34,696 nt of DNA from a candidate division WOR-3 bacterium (lineage in GTDB: Bacteria; Hydrothermota; UBA3072; B12-G15): the NCBI GenBank assembly GCA_965649055.1, contig CBFGJG010000020.1, positions 1 through 34,696 of the forward strand. The letters run 5' to 3'. The notes under the pieces were generated by a model. That model made no database searches. It saw nothing but the letters and a program-made list of their open reading frames with translations, and had not been told where the DNA came from. Shown here piece by piece: positions 18,764 to 30,479 of this stretch (position 1 is the stretch's first letter; each line of letters opens with the position of its first letter). The position numbers were made by a program, and so were the translations under genes.

Positions 18764-19749
18764 ATTACAAGATAAGAAAAGGTGAAAACATATTAGAAGA
18801 TGTTGAGAAAATCCTGAATGATTTCTCTGTAAGAATAAAAGATTCTGTGGTCTTTTATGGATCAGAAATCTCAAAGAAAATATATAATAAATATCTTGGT
18901 TCTTTTAAAGGATACGAGATAAAAGGTGGAAACATTTTCGAAAAGGATAGAATTAAGGGAATAATCAGGGAATTCGGATATACCATTGGAATAGGCGGTG
19001 GAAAGATTCTGGATACTGTTAAACTCGCATCAGGTGAGTTGAATGTGCCGTTTATTTCTATTCCATCAACACTTTCAAACGACGGTATTTTTTCTCCAGT
19101 TAGTGTCCTTAAAGATAATAATGAAGTTAGGAGTATAATAACAAATCCACCAGAAATTTTAATAATAGATTACAGTATAGTTTTGGATTCTCCAAGTGAA
19201 CTCCTTCTTTCTGGTGTCGGTGACCTTGTATCTAATATATCAGCATTGATTGATTGGGAAATTGCCACAAAGAAAGGTAAGTCAGAATTTAATGAGGAGG
19301 CATATTCAATATCTTTAGAAGGAGCGAAAAAAATCCTGTATACAGATGATAATTTGAATTCAATTAACTTTATTGATAATCTTGCGGAAGGTTTGATTAA
19401 GAGTGGAATTGCTATGCGAATAACAAAAAACTCAAGACCTGCAAGTGGTGCGGAGCATCTTATAAGCCACGCATTGGATAAAATTTTGGAAAAGCCAAGA
19501 AGGCACGGGATACAATGCGGATTTGCGACTATCTTCACTTTGAATATTCATAATTATAATGATTTAGAAAGCATAATCACTCTATATAAGGGAATAAATT
19601 TCCCGGTTAAGTTTGGTGAAATTGGTTTTAATAAAAATGAATTTTTGAAGGCAGTAGAATATGCACCAAAGACAAGGCCTGAAAGATACACAATACTTAA
19701 TGAGATAGGAAAAAATGATATTCTTGAAAAAATAAATATTCTTTTGTGA
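18760..19749 (+). CDS. sn-glycerol-1-phosphate dehydrogenase-like enzyme (EgsA/AraM family)
   Basis: GGGKILD.VK, STLSNDGIFSP, SRPASGAEHLISHALD, HG.QCG and RPERYTIL motifs. TTG start overlaps the yjbQ stop. Confidence 0.75.
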   Translation: MNYKIRKGENILEDVEKILNDFSVRIKDSVVFYGSEISKKIYNKYLGSFKGYEIKGGNIFEKDRIKGIIREFGYTIGIGGGKILDTVKLASGELNVPFISIPSTLSNDGIFSPVSVLKDNNEVRSIITNPPEILIIDYSIVLDSPSELLLSGVGDLVSNISALIDWEIATKKGKSEFNEEAYSISLEGAKKILYTDDNLNSINFIDNLAEGLIKSGIAMRITKNSRPASGAEHLISHALDKILEKPRRHGIQCGFATIFTLNIHNYNDLESIITLYKGINFPVKFGEIGFNKNEFLKAVEYAPKTRPERYTILNEIGKNDILEKINILL

Positions 19750-19905
19750 TGGAAACCAAAGGCTTTAGCCTGTGAAAAAGATTTTTATAATTAAGTAAGA
19801 CCGTAATAAAATTTTTTATAAACAATAAATGAACTCGATTCTTATATATTGATTGATAATAAATTATAAAAATTGAAAAAATCATAAAAAAATTTAAAAA
19901 AACAC

Positions 19906-19976
19906 TTGACAAGTTAAAGAAAGTTTATAAATTGTATTTGCGAAAAAAATTTAATTTTAATATTGTTCTTTGACAA
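19906..19976 (+). promoter_or_regulatory. rRNA promoter with boxA antiterminator
   Basis: Upstream A-tracts, TTGACA (19906)-N16-TAAATT, and boxA-like TGTTCTTTGACAA at 19964-19976. Confidence 0.7.
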
Positions 19977-20855
19977 TTGAATAGTTTTAATTATTTGGAC
20001 AAGCTACTAAGGGTGTATGGTGGATGTCTTGGCAGTAATAGGCGATGAAGGACGTGGCTGGCTGCGATAAGTCTCGGGGAGCCGCCAAGCAGGCTTAGAT
20101 CCGGGAATCTCCGAATGGGGTAACCTGGTAGAGGTAAACCTCTATCACTCTGGGCAACCAGAGGGCGAACCCAGGGAAGTGAAACATCTCAGTACCTGGA
20201 GGAAAAGAAATCAAACGAGATTCCCTGAGTAGTGGTGAGCGAAAGGGGAACAGCCTAAACTGCTGTTGTGTTAAAGGCTGCATCCGTTGCAACAGCAGGG
20301 TCGTGGGGATTATGCGGAGTTCTATGCAGAGGACTCGGGAGTTAAAGTCCATATTTAGCCGAACCTGTCTGAGAAAGGCAGACCACAGAAGGTGATAGTC
20401 CTGTAGGCGAAAAATTATGGACACTCCTCGCATAGTTTCCCAAGTAACTCGGGACCCGTGGAATCCTGAGTGAATCCGGGTGGACCACCATCTAAGGCTA
20501 AATACTCATTACTGACCGATAGTGAACCAGTACTGTGAAGGAACGATGAAAAGAACCCCGGGAGGGGAGTTCAAAGAACCTGAAACCATACACCTACAAG
20601 CAGTCGGAGGGTCTTATTTTGAAACCGCAAGGTTTCTTAATAAGCCTGACGGCGTACCTTTTGCTTAATGATCCGGCGAGTTATTCTCTGTTGCAAGGTT
20701 AACTGACTCTGTCAGGTAGCCGTAGCGAAAGCGAGTCCAAACAGGGCGATTAGTAACAGGGAATAGACCCGAAGCTGAGTGATCTATCCATGGCCAGGAT
20801 GAAGTGCGGGTAATACCGCATGGAGGTCCGAACCGGTTGTCGGTGAAATGGCATC

Positions 20856-20886
<31 letters not shown>

Positions 20887-22006
20887 ACAAACTCAGTGAT
20901 AGCTGGTTCTCCCCGAAATGCATTTAGGTGCAGCCTCTATACATAAGTGAGGGTGGTAGAGCACTGGATGGAGGAGGAGCCTAACCCGCTTCCAAATCCA
21001 ACCAAACTCCGAATGCCTTCACTCAGAGGTAGGGAGTGAGGCCGTGGGGGCTAAGCTTCATGGCCAAAAGGGGAACAACCCAGACCGTCGGTTAAGGTCC
21101 CTAAATACAGGCTAAGTGTTAAAGGAAGTGAAGCCGCTAAAACAGCCAGGATGTTGGCTTAGAAGCAGCAATCATTTAAAGAGTGCGTAAAAGCTCACTG
21201 GTCGAGCGGTTTTGCGCCGAAAATGAAAGGGGGCTCAAGCCTGTTACCGAAACTGCGGGAACTCGTTCTTTGGACGAGTTCGGTAGGGGAGCGTTCTGCC
21301 TGCGTTGAAGCAGCATTCGTAAGAAGCTGTGGAGCGTGCAGAAGTGCGGATGCCGGAATGAGTAGCGATAATCAGGCTGAGAATGCCTGACGCCGAAAAT
21401 CTAAGGTTTCCTGGGGAAGGCTCGTCCGCCCAGGGTTAGTCGGTCCCTAAGGTGAGGCCGAGAGGCGTAGCTGATGGGAAACGGGTTAATATTCCCGTAC
21501 CACCTAAAAAGCGTTTGTACCTTGGGGCTTGCAGGAGGGTAGACCATGTCAGGTGCTGGTCGTCCTGACCTAAGTCAGTAGGAGGGGAAGAGAGGCAAAT
21601 CCCTCTTCCTGGGTTTAAGACCCAACTCTGAGAGGCGAATGGGTGGCCGCAAGGCTGGAAGTGGTCGAACCCACACTGCCGAGAAAAACCTCGTTAGGGA
21701 GTTTTTTAGGTGACCGTACCGCAAACCGACACAGGTAGATGAGGAGAAAATCCTAAGGCGCGCGGGATAACCCTCGTTAAGGAACTCAACAGATTGGCCC
21801 CGTAACTTCGGGAGAAGGGGTGCCTATTTCTGTGAAGGAAGCACTTCTGGAGCAGAAATGGGCCGCAGTGAAGAGGCTCAAGCGACTGTTTATCAAAAAC
21901 ACAGGGCTCTGCGAACTCGTAAGAGGACGTATAGGGCCTGACGCCTGCCCGGTGCCGGAAAGTTAAGGGGAGAGGTTAGCTGGAGCAATCTTGCGAAGCC
22001 TTGAAC

Positions 22007-22785
<779 letters not shown>

Positions 22786-23244
22786 AAGTTCCGACCTGCA
22801 CGAATGGCGTAACGACTTGAGCATTGTCTCAACGAGGGACCCGGTGAAGTTGGAGTCGTGGTGAAGATACCACGTACCCGCGGTAGGACGAAAAGACCCC
22901 GTGAACCTTTACTGCAACTTGGTATTGGGTTTTGGCAGGGCATGTGTAGGATAGGTGGGAGCCTTTGAAGCGGGAGCGCCAGCTTCTGTGGAGGCGTCCT
23001 TGAAATACCACCCTTGTTTTGTTGAAACTCTAACCTCGGGTTTGTAGCCCGTGGAACAGTGCCAGGCGGGCAGTTTTACTGGGGCGGTAACCTCCCAAAA
23101 TGTAACGGAGGTGTCCAAAGGTTCCCTCAAGCCGGACGGTAACCGGCTGTAGAGCGCAAGGGTAGAAGGGAGCCTGACTGTGAGGCCGACAGGCCGAGCA
23201 GAGGCGAAAGCCGGGCCTAGTGATCCGATGGTGCAGTGTGGAAT

Positions 23245-23292
<48 letters not shown>

Positions 23293-23317
23293 TCGCCCGA
23301 GAGTTCACATCGACGGC

Positions 23318-23360
<43 letters not shown>

Positions 23361-23381
23361 GAGAATGTCCCAAGGGTTGGT

Positions 23382-23439
<58 letters not shown>

Positions 23440-23560
23440 ACTTGATCCACCGTGGGCGCAGGAGACTTGAAGGGGGCTGACCATAGTACGAAAGGACCTG
23501 GTTGGACGCACCTCTGGTGTACCTGTTGTCACGCCAGTGGCACAGCAGGGTAGCCAAGTG

Positions 23561-23596
<36 letters not shown>

Positions 23597-23781
23597 ACCC
23601 GCCCTAAGATTAGGTCTCCCGTTTCTATGGGCAACCATAGAAACTAAGGCCCCTCCAAGATGAGGAGGTTGATAGGCGACAGGTGTAAGCAGGGTAACCT
23701 GTTGAGCCGAGTCGTACTAATAGGCCGAGAGGCTTGTCCAAATTTTTAAAACTATTCAATTGTTCTTAAAAAGGAGGTTTC

Positions 23782-25632
23782 ATAGGTAGGAAATTTTTTA
23801 TTTTTTTTATTCTTTTTGCCTTTATTGGATTATCAGCTAATCCGAATTTTAATTTCAGTCAGGGATTATCTCGAACCATATCTGCTGATATTCCATCAGC
23901 AGGACATTTCCATACAGGATTCTTTTTACGCGGTTTTTATGAACCATCTAAAATTGTGAATATTGCCGGAGAAGATACAACTGGCGAAGCAAATGTTGGT
24001 GGCGGAGACCTCTATTTTGGTCTTGGATATGCAGTAACAGATTTCTTTGCTTTCAATATAGCAACTGCATTTTATGGTGATGGTGTTGATTATACAAGCA
24101 GTCAGTATTCAAGGTCAAGCCTTGGATTTGGTGATACAAAGGTTGGATTATTATTTGGATTCGATAAGGGAAATTTATCTTACGGAGCAAACATATTTGC
24201 TTCATTCCCAACAGGTCAGGACCGCTCTATTGCATTAGAAGAGAAAGATTATCCTTTTATTGGAAATACATACGCTAATAATGGTGGCGTATTCAGATAT
24301 TTTTCAAGTGGAGGTATTGAACTCGGTATCATTGGGTTGTTTTCAGTAAAATCAGGGATAATGACACTTGCCTTGAATGGTGGTTATGCTGAAAGAAATC
24401 TTGGTGGTGAGCTTGGCTTGAGGGATAACGCAACTTATTATAATGCTGCACTGAGTTTTGACCTCGGAACCTTTGTCCCATTCATTGAGATCAGTGGAAT
24501 AGATTATAGCGGAAAAGACAAGATTTTCACATTCTTAGATGATTCTGTATTTGGTCCAAATCCAGTATACATCACACCGGGAGTAAACATAAAACTCGGT
24601 CATTTCAATTTATTCCTTGCAGCAGATATTCGCGGTTGGTGGGAAGGTGAAAATACATATACATTCCCGACAGATCTTACAGATAGCGCAAATATAACAA
24701 CAGGATTTGGTTCAGCACCATTATGGGCTGGAATCCTTGGTTTTTCATATTGTTTCGACTTTGTTCCAGAAAAACCAAAGACTGGAATCATTGCAGGTAT
24801 AATAACCGATAAGAAAACCGGTTATACAATTCCAGCAAATGTGAGCATCTATAAAGATGATTTCTTGGTCTCTTCAATCACAGTGGACAATTCAGGAGTA
24901 TATAAACTTGAAGAGGTGAATCCAGGTGTTTATAAGATAGTTGTTGACGCAATTGATTACAACAAATTTACTACCGATGTTATTGTTAAGGAAGGTCTAA
25001 CAACAACACTTGATGTTGCACTTGTTCCAGTGATTAAAGAAGGAACACTTATTGTTAATCTTCTGGAAATGGAAAAGAAAACACCTGTTACAGCAGAAGT
25101 TACAATTGGAAATATGACACCTGAAAAAGTAACAGGTAAGATAACAAAAACATTGGTCGCTGGAACTTATAAAATCACTGCGATTCCAGAAGATAAGAAT
25201 TACCTTCCTTTTGAAAGAACGGTTGAAATAAAAGCAGATAAGACACTTGAAATAGATGCAAACTTTGTTAAGAAAGAGTTCAAGATTGTTCTTCCACAGG
25301 TATACTTTGAAATTGGGAAAGCAGAGATTAAACTTGAATCATATCCTGTTCTTGACGAAGCCGCAAAGACAATAATTACAGTCCTTGAAAGCAATCCAAA
25401 CATAACAATCGAGATTCAGGGACACACAGATAGCCAGGGTTCAGATGCTACAAACCTGAAACTTTCACAGGAAAGGGCTGATGCTGTGAAAAATTATCTG
25501 GTAAATACACACAAGATAGATGCAACAAGACTTATAGCAAAAGGATATGGTGAGACAAAACCTATTGCACCTAATACAACTTCAAAAGGTCGTGCACAGA
25601 ATAGAAGAGTAGAGTTTGTTATCATCAAATAA
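23782..25632 (+). CDS. OmpA-family outer-membrane protein with barrel-like N-terminus and carboxypeptidase-regulatory/PEGA-like domains (apparent ATA start)
   Basis: C-terminal IEIQGHTDSQG..NLKLSQERA...NRRVEF. The frame stays open 58 codons upstream of the track start, to ATA 23782 behind AAGGAGG, giving the signal peptide (M)GRKFFIFFILFAFIGLSA. Confidence 0.88.
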   Translation: MGRKFFIFFILFAFIGLSANPNFNFSQGLSRTISADIPSAGHFHTGFFLRGFYEPSKIVNIAGEDTTGEANVGGGDLYFGLGYAVTDFFAFNIATAFYGDGVDYTSSQYSRSSLGFGDTKVGLLFGFDKGNLSYGANIFASFPTGQDRSIALEEKDYPFIGNTYANNGGVFRYFSSGGIELGIIGLFSVKSGIMTLALNGGYAERNLGGELGLRDNATYYNAALSFDLGTFVPFIEISGIDYSGKDKIFTFLDDSVFGPNPVYITPGVNIKLGHFNLFLAADIRGWWEGENTYTFPTDLTDSANITTGFGSAPLWAGILGFSYCFDFVPEKPKTGIIAGIITDKKTGYTIPANVSIYKDDFLVSSITVDNSGVYKLEEVNPGVYKIVVDAIDYNKFTTDVIVKEGLTTTLDVALVPVIKEGTLIVNLLEMEKKTPVTAEVTIGNMTPEKVTGKITKTLVAGTYKITAIPEDKNYLPFERTVEIKADKTLEIDANFVKKEFKIVLPQVYFEIGKAEIKLESYPVLDEAAKTIITVLESNPNITIEIQGHTDSQGSDATNLKLSQERADAVKNYLVNTHKIDATRLIAKGYGETKPIAPNTTSKGRAQNRRVEFVIIK

Positions 25633-25649
25633 ATATTTTTTTCTAAAAA

Positions 25650-25674
25650 ACCCGGGGGTTAAATACCCCCGGGT
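25650..25674 (+). terminator. GC-rich hairpin after the OmpA gene
   Basis: ACCCGGGGGT-TAAAT-ACCCCCGGGT. The U-tract on the + strand is weak. Confidence 0.6.
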
Positions 25675-25705
25675 AATTTAAAATTATCATAGAAAGGAGA
25701 CAGAA

Positions 25706-26143
25706 ATGATAAAGGAATTTAAAAAATTTATTATGCGTGGAAATGTTATTGACCTTGCTGTTGGTTTCATAATGGGTGCTGCATTCAGTGCAATCGTTAA
25801 TTCACTCGTAAACGATGTTATTATGCCACCAATTGGGCTTCTTCTTGGTGGTGTTGATTTTTCAAATCTTTTTATAAATCTTTCAAGAACACATTATACA
25901 AGCCTTGCTGAGGCAAAGGCAGCAGGTGCACCAACAATAAACTATGGTGTCTTTATAAATACATTGATAAATTTCCTTATAATTTCTTTTGTCCTTTTTA
26001 TACTTATAAAAATAGTGAACAGATGGACTGCAAAACCTGCTACACCATCAGCACCAACCACTAAAGAATGTCCATTCTGTTTTACACAGATACCTATTAA
26101 AGCAAAACGTTGCCCTAACTGCACATCAGAACTTAAAGAATAA
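25706..26143 (+). CDS. mscL: Large-conductance mechanosensitive channel with C-terminal zinc-ribbon-like tail
   Basis: [32 protein letters not shown] and NYG.FI motifs. Tail CPFC..CPNC. Confidence 0.95.
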   Translation: MIKEFKKFIMRGNVIDLAVGFIMGAAFSAIVNSLVNDVIMPPIGLLLGGVDFSNLFINLSRTHYTSLAEAKAAGAPTINYGVFINTLINFLIISFVLFILIKIVNRWTAKPATPSAPTTKECPFCFTQIPIKAKRCPNCTSELKE

Positions 26144-26213
26144 GGAATTTAAATCTGTTAATCATAATAAGTCAAAAAAATTAAAAAATTTTCAATATTT
26201 TATATTTTATCAC

Positions 26214-26241
26214 TTGACAATTTATATTATCTTAATATAAT
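26214..26241 (+). promoter_or_regulatory. Sigma70-type promoter
   Basis: TTGACA-N16-TATAAT, then GGAGG before ATG 26262. Confidence 0.65.
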
Positions 26242-26261
26242 ATTTAAAAATGGAGGTTTTT

Positions 26262-27399
26262 ATGCCTATCTTTTTAAGTCTTATAAGTATTGTTTATTAT
26301 TTTCAGAATTCTTCTCCTTCTGAACCTTGTCCAAATTATCATCAGACAGGTGATAATTTCATAGGTGGAACATGGGAAGGGAAATATATGGGTGATACAA
26401 AAGGGAGTTCATCTGTTTCAAAAATTACATATCTTAATGCAACTAATTCTGGTTATTACAGGTGTTTGACATTCTCTACTAATTCTTTTGGTGCACAATC
26501 CTGTCCTGCTGATACTTGGAAAATATTACTTTTTTGTGAAGAAAGTAGTCCTGCAAACAATGCATATTTAAGATATATGATATATACCTGGGATTTTGAC
26601 GATGATACTATAGGTATGGTTATTGCAAACACTGCGACAAGTGGAAATAACGAATTTCCTCCTTCTAAAGGATACATAATAGAATCTATATATGGGAGTG
26701 CTTTCACACTTTCTGATGGTGATAAAATATGTGTGGATTTAATAGTTGATTCAAGGTCTCCCGGACAGCCTGGAAGAACTGCAACAATTTATTATGGTGA
26801 TAATTCTGATACTTCAAAATTATATTCGCCAATAACAATACTTTCATCGAATTTAATTGAGATGAGTGCTTTCCTGAATAATGATGGTGTCTTAATTCAA
26901 TTTAACGGAAGGGAAAATTCAAAAGGAAGATACTGGAAGATTTTACGCTCAGAAAATCTTGTTGGTGATTATAAGATAATAGATTCTGTTTTTATAAAAA
27001 ATAGCAATATGCATAGTCTCCTTGATAAAAATGTTGAACCGCTAAAAGAATATTACTATAAAATTCACGATGAATTTAATAATGAATTTGGACCATTAAA
27101 AATATTTGTTTCAAAATCAGGTTATGATTTTTCAATATCTCCTATCAATTCTTTCTCTAAAGATAGATTCGTTTTTTTTCTTCTCTTCTGATGAAGATGG
27201 ACATTGCCAGATTGAGATTTATAATAAAAATGGAAGGTTTGTAAAGAGACTTTATAATGGGGATATAAACAAAGGAATGCATTCTGTCTTATGAAATGTT
27301 AAGGATAAGAATGGAGATGTTGTACCTTCAGATATTTACTTTTATGTTTACAAATTAAATGATAAAAAAATAACAGGGAAAATTATAAAGATAGAATAA
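26262..27399 (+). pseudogene. Secreted protein whose C-terminal FlgD/T9SS-like domain is disrupted by a frameshift and a nonsense codon
   Basis: The ORF ends at 27191 after a T8 run (27172-27179). The shifted frame reads FFSSDEDGHCQIEIYNKNGRFVKRL...HSVL*NVKDKNGDVVPSDIYFYVYKLNDKKITGKIIKIE*, with TGA (27292) at the usual Trp position. Confidence 0.75.
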
Positions 27400-27400
27400 T

Positions 27401-29296
27401 TTAATTTTCGAGAATTTTTTTAATTCTTTTTATCTCATCTATTCTTTGTTTAGCAATTCTATTATCTTTTTGCTCTTCAAGAACAATTTCATAACAGAAT
27501 AATGCCTTATCTAATTTTTCCTGCCTATAATATAATGAACCGAGATTATAATAAATCTCAAACATATCACCCTCTGTTCTCTTCAAAAATTCAAGATAGA
27601 ATGCCTCTGCCACATCAAACTCATTGTTAAGGTAGGAAAAAACACCCATTTTTAATATATGATATGGATATTCCTTTTTTTTATAAAAACCTTCAAGAAA
27701 TCTTAAAAATCTATTTTTTCTCTTCATTTTTAAAATCTTCCATGATTCTTCTTCGGATTTTAAATCTATTAGCCTTTTTTTCATTTCTTCTTTGAAATCG
27801 GGTTTTTTTAAATGAACCGCATAGTCTTCCCTTCTATAAATCGCTGAATTTTCATCAAAATATATAAGAGACCAATCTTTGAAATTAGCAATCTGGTCAA
27901 ACCAATCGAGTGTTATAATATAATCAAAAGAAACAAGCACAGGTTTATATTTATTTATAAGGAATCTCAATCCACCTTTCCTTGTTGTTTTAAGATATTC
28001 AGAAAAAAAATCTTCTTTCATCACTTCAAGTCTTCCATCTATAAAAACTGGTTGTGGAGCCTGCCAGATAAACCAGCTTCCTGAGTTCATATCATTAATT
28101 ATTCTTCCGTCAAGATTATTTTTATTTAAAAAATCTGCAGCACCACAGGGATGAACAAACCTTTCAAGTCCAATCCCGAAGTGTTCATATGCTCTAAAAC
28201 CAACATAATACGCGTTTGTTATCACTCTTAAAATAGTAAGAAGAACAAGAAAGGAAAATGCAGATACAAGCATATTTTTAAATTTAGTTAAAAATCTCAA
28301 CTTTTCAATTGGTATTGAGTAAATTCCAATGGAAACAATATATATTGTATACAAAAGACATAATGGAATATTCCTTGTTGCCTTGAGGGAAATAAAAAGA
28401 AAACCAAAGAAAATAATAAAGTTGTGAATATTAAACTTTCTATAGTTTATTATTATTAATAAAAAACCGATTATACAAAGTGCAAAAAATGTATAAATAG
28501 CAGTATGGGGAACAAATGGATTTAATGAATTTGGCTTTAATGCAAAAGGAGATTGGAACTCGTCTATCAAATTCTTAAATACATTTGAATTTTGCATTCT
28601 TGTGAAAAGATAAAAAGGGAATAGGAAACCTTTGTAATGATAGGGATTTAAGAAGGAAGACATAGTGGAAACAAGAGACCATAATAGAAATTTTTTATCA
28701 AATCCTTTGTGAATCATCTTACTTAATAGATAAGAAAATATAATGAAGTCGCCTATAATGAAAAGTCCGTGAAAATTTGTCCATAAAACTTTTATTATAG
28801 GCAATAGAAATAATAAATCCCTTTTATTATAATAATATTCATCAAGTATAAGTATAGTCAGAACTATGAATAAATAAGTGAATGTTTCAGGCTTTGGTCT
28901 GAATCTTAACTCAAATGAAAAAATTGCTATAAAAAAAACAAACAAAATAATAATGTCTTTAACATTCCGTCTCTTTAATACAAAGAATAATAAAAAAAAT
29001 ATAAGTTCAAAAATTATTATTGTGAATATTGTTAAACCATTATACCCTGAAGCCTTATAAATTAAATAAAGTAAAATCTGAAATGGCCAGTGTAATGCAA
29101 TATATTCATTATTATTAACAGTATATGTAAAAACATCATTCCTGTGAAAAGATTTATTTTCTAAAATCCATTGACCACCACGAAGATGATAACCTATATC
29201 AATATCACCAATAGTTCTAAAACAAAAAACAAATATTAAAGTAAAAACAAGAATTGCTGGTAAACCATTATAAAAGTTTTTTTTATTGATTCTCAA
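27401..29296 (-). CDS. Polytopic membrane protein (possible GT-C-fold glycosyltransferase) with C-terminal TPRs
   Basis: DID.GYHL..G loop after TM1, many TM helices, LWTNFHG, LNPY, FIDGRLE and TPR YYNLGSLYY. The GT-C assignment is inference. Confidence 0.6.
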   Translation of the reverse strand: MRINKKNFYNGLPAILVFTLIFVFCFRTIGDIDIGYHLRGGQWILENKSFHRNDVFTYTVNNNEYIALHWPFQILLYLIYKASGYNGLTIFTIIIFELIFFLLFFVLKRRNVKDIIILFVFFIAIFSFELRFRPKPETFTYLFIVLTILILDEYYYNKRDLLFLLPIIKVLWTNFHGLFIIGDFIIFSYLLSKMIHKGFDKKFLLWSLVSTMSSFLNPYHYKGFLFPFYLFTRMQNSNVFKNLIDEFQSPFALKPNSLNPFVPHTAIYTFFALCIIGFLLIIINYRKFNIHNFIIFFGFLFISLKATRNIPLCLLYTIYIVSIGIYSIPIEKLRFLTKFKNMLVSAFSFLVLLTILRVITNAYYVGFRAYEHFGIGLERFVHPCGAADFLNKNNLDGRIINDMNSGSWFIWQAPQPVFIDGRLEVMKEDFFSEYLKTTRKGGLRFLINKYKPVLVSFDYIITLDWFDQIANFKDWSLIYFDENSAIYRREDYAVHLKKPDFKEEMKKRLIDLKSEEESWKILKMKRKNRFLRFLEGFYKKKEYPYHILKMGVFSYLNNEFDVAEAFYLEFLKRTEGDMFEIYYNLGSLYYRQEKLDKALFCYEIVLEEQKDNRIAKQRIDEIKRIKKILEN

Positions 29297-29299
29297 AAT

Positions 29300-29773
29300 C
29301 TATTCTTCGTCTTCCTTCCTTTCTATTTCAAAATAACCATTTTTGAGTGTTATATAATCAGTAGAGTCAATCCCGTTAACAAGCCTTCCAGAAAAATTTC
29401 CTTTTATTAATTTCCCAACATTTCCATACTCAGTGATTTTTATTGTGCAAGCAGCAGCATAAACATTTGTGGTATATGTTCCTGATGAAAGACCTATATA
29501 AACTATCCAGTTCTCTGTATTGACTGCATTGCCGATATATGTCCCCGGGCTTTTTCCCTTGAACTGGATACCAATCTCCTGACCTAACCCAATATTTGTA
29601 AATACGACATATGTTGAAGAATCACTTATATCGTAACTCGCATGGGAAACAATGCTTTTCCATTCTTTCTGCTCTCCATCAACTGTAAACTTGATATATG
29701 CATCAAATATTTTAGGGAACAAACAACCCTGTAAAGACACCAAAACAAAAAATAAAAGAACATACTTTTTCAT
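29300..29773 (-). CDS. Hypothetical lipoprotein
   Basis: MKKYVLLFFVLVSLQGC lipobox and SD GGAGG. Confidence 0.75.
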   Translation of the reverse strand: MKKYVLLFFVLVSLQGCLFPKIFDAYIKFTVDGEQKEWKSIVSHASYDISDSSTYVVFTNIGLGQEIGIQFKGKSPGTYIGNAVNTENWIVYIGLSSGTYTTNVYAAACTIKITEYGNVGKLIKGNFSGRLVNGIDSTDYITLKNGYFEIERKEDEE

Positions 29774-29945
29774 ATATTCCTCCATTTTTATATTATTACA
29801 AACTAACATATATTTTTTAGTTTGTCAATAAAGATTTTTTCGCTTGTCCGCTTTTTGGCCCCGAGGAAATTTTTTTATGAAAGAGTGTAATAATATAATC
29901 AAAAATTTTTATTTTAATTTTTTAAAAATATTATATCATACCTGT

Positions 29946-30479
29946 ATGCATAAGATTAAAAACTTCCTTTTAACAGGAATTCCGGGGATTGGTAAAACAA
30001 CCATAATTAAGAAAATTATTGAAGAATTTAGAAACAAATGTGAAGGTTTCTGGACAGAAGAGATGAAAGAAAATAATAAAAGAAGAGGGTTTGTATTAAA
30101 AACAACCACTGGTAAAGAGTGTATTCTTGCTAATATTGATTTTCCCAGAATTTATTCTGTCGGGAAATATGGTGTGAATTTAAAATGTATTGAAGAAATA
30201 GGTTGTGAAACAATTTTATCAGGTATGAAAGAAAAGAAAATTATAATAATTGATGAAATAGGAAAGATGGAAATTCTATCAGGAAAATTTAAGGAATTGG
30301 TTACAGAAATTCTTAATTCTTCAAATATAGTTATAGCAACAATCTTATATTCTCCACACCCTTTCTGTGACTCAATAAAAAATAGAGAAGATGTGAAAAT
30401 ATACAAAATTGATTATTCTAATAGAGATTATATTACGAATTATATAATAGAAGATTTAAGGAAATTAAAATTTTTTTAA
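29946..30479 (+). CDS. Nucleoside-triphosphatase (THEP1/NTPase_1 family)
   Basis: LTGIPGIGKTT, GFWTEE...RRGF, VGKYGV and IIIDEIGKME motifs. ATG 29946 is preferred over the track start. Confidence 0.88.
   Translation: MHKIKNFLLTGIPGIGKTTIIKKIIEEFRNKCEGFWTEEMKENNKRRGFVLKTTTGKECILANIDFPRIYSVGKYGVNLKCIEEIGCETILSGMKEKKIIIIDEIGKMEILSGKFKELVTEILNSSNIVIATILYSPHPFCDSIKNREDVKIYKIDYSNRDYITNYIIEDLRKLKFF

Noticed and set aside
23741..23960. 5S rRNA or tRNA downstream of the 23S
   Set aside because: The sequence is AT-rich, has no 5S or cloverleaf features, and reads as a signal-peptide coding region.
27292..27294. TGA recoded as Trp (alternative genetic code)
   Set aside because: TGA terminates yjbQ, the G1PDH-like gene, pilT and the 10274 gene at their expected ends, and Trp is TGG elsewhere.
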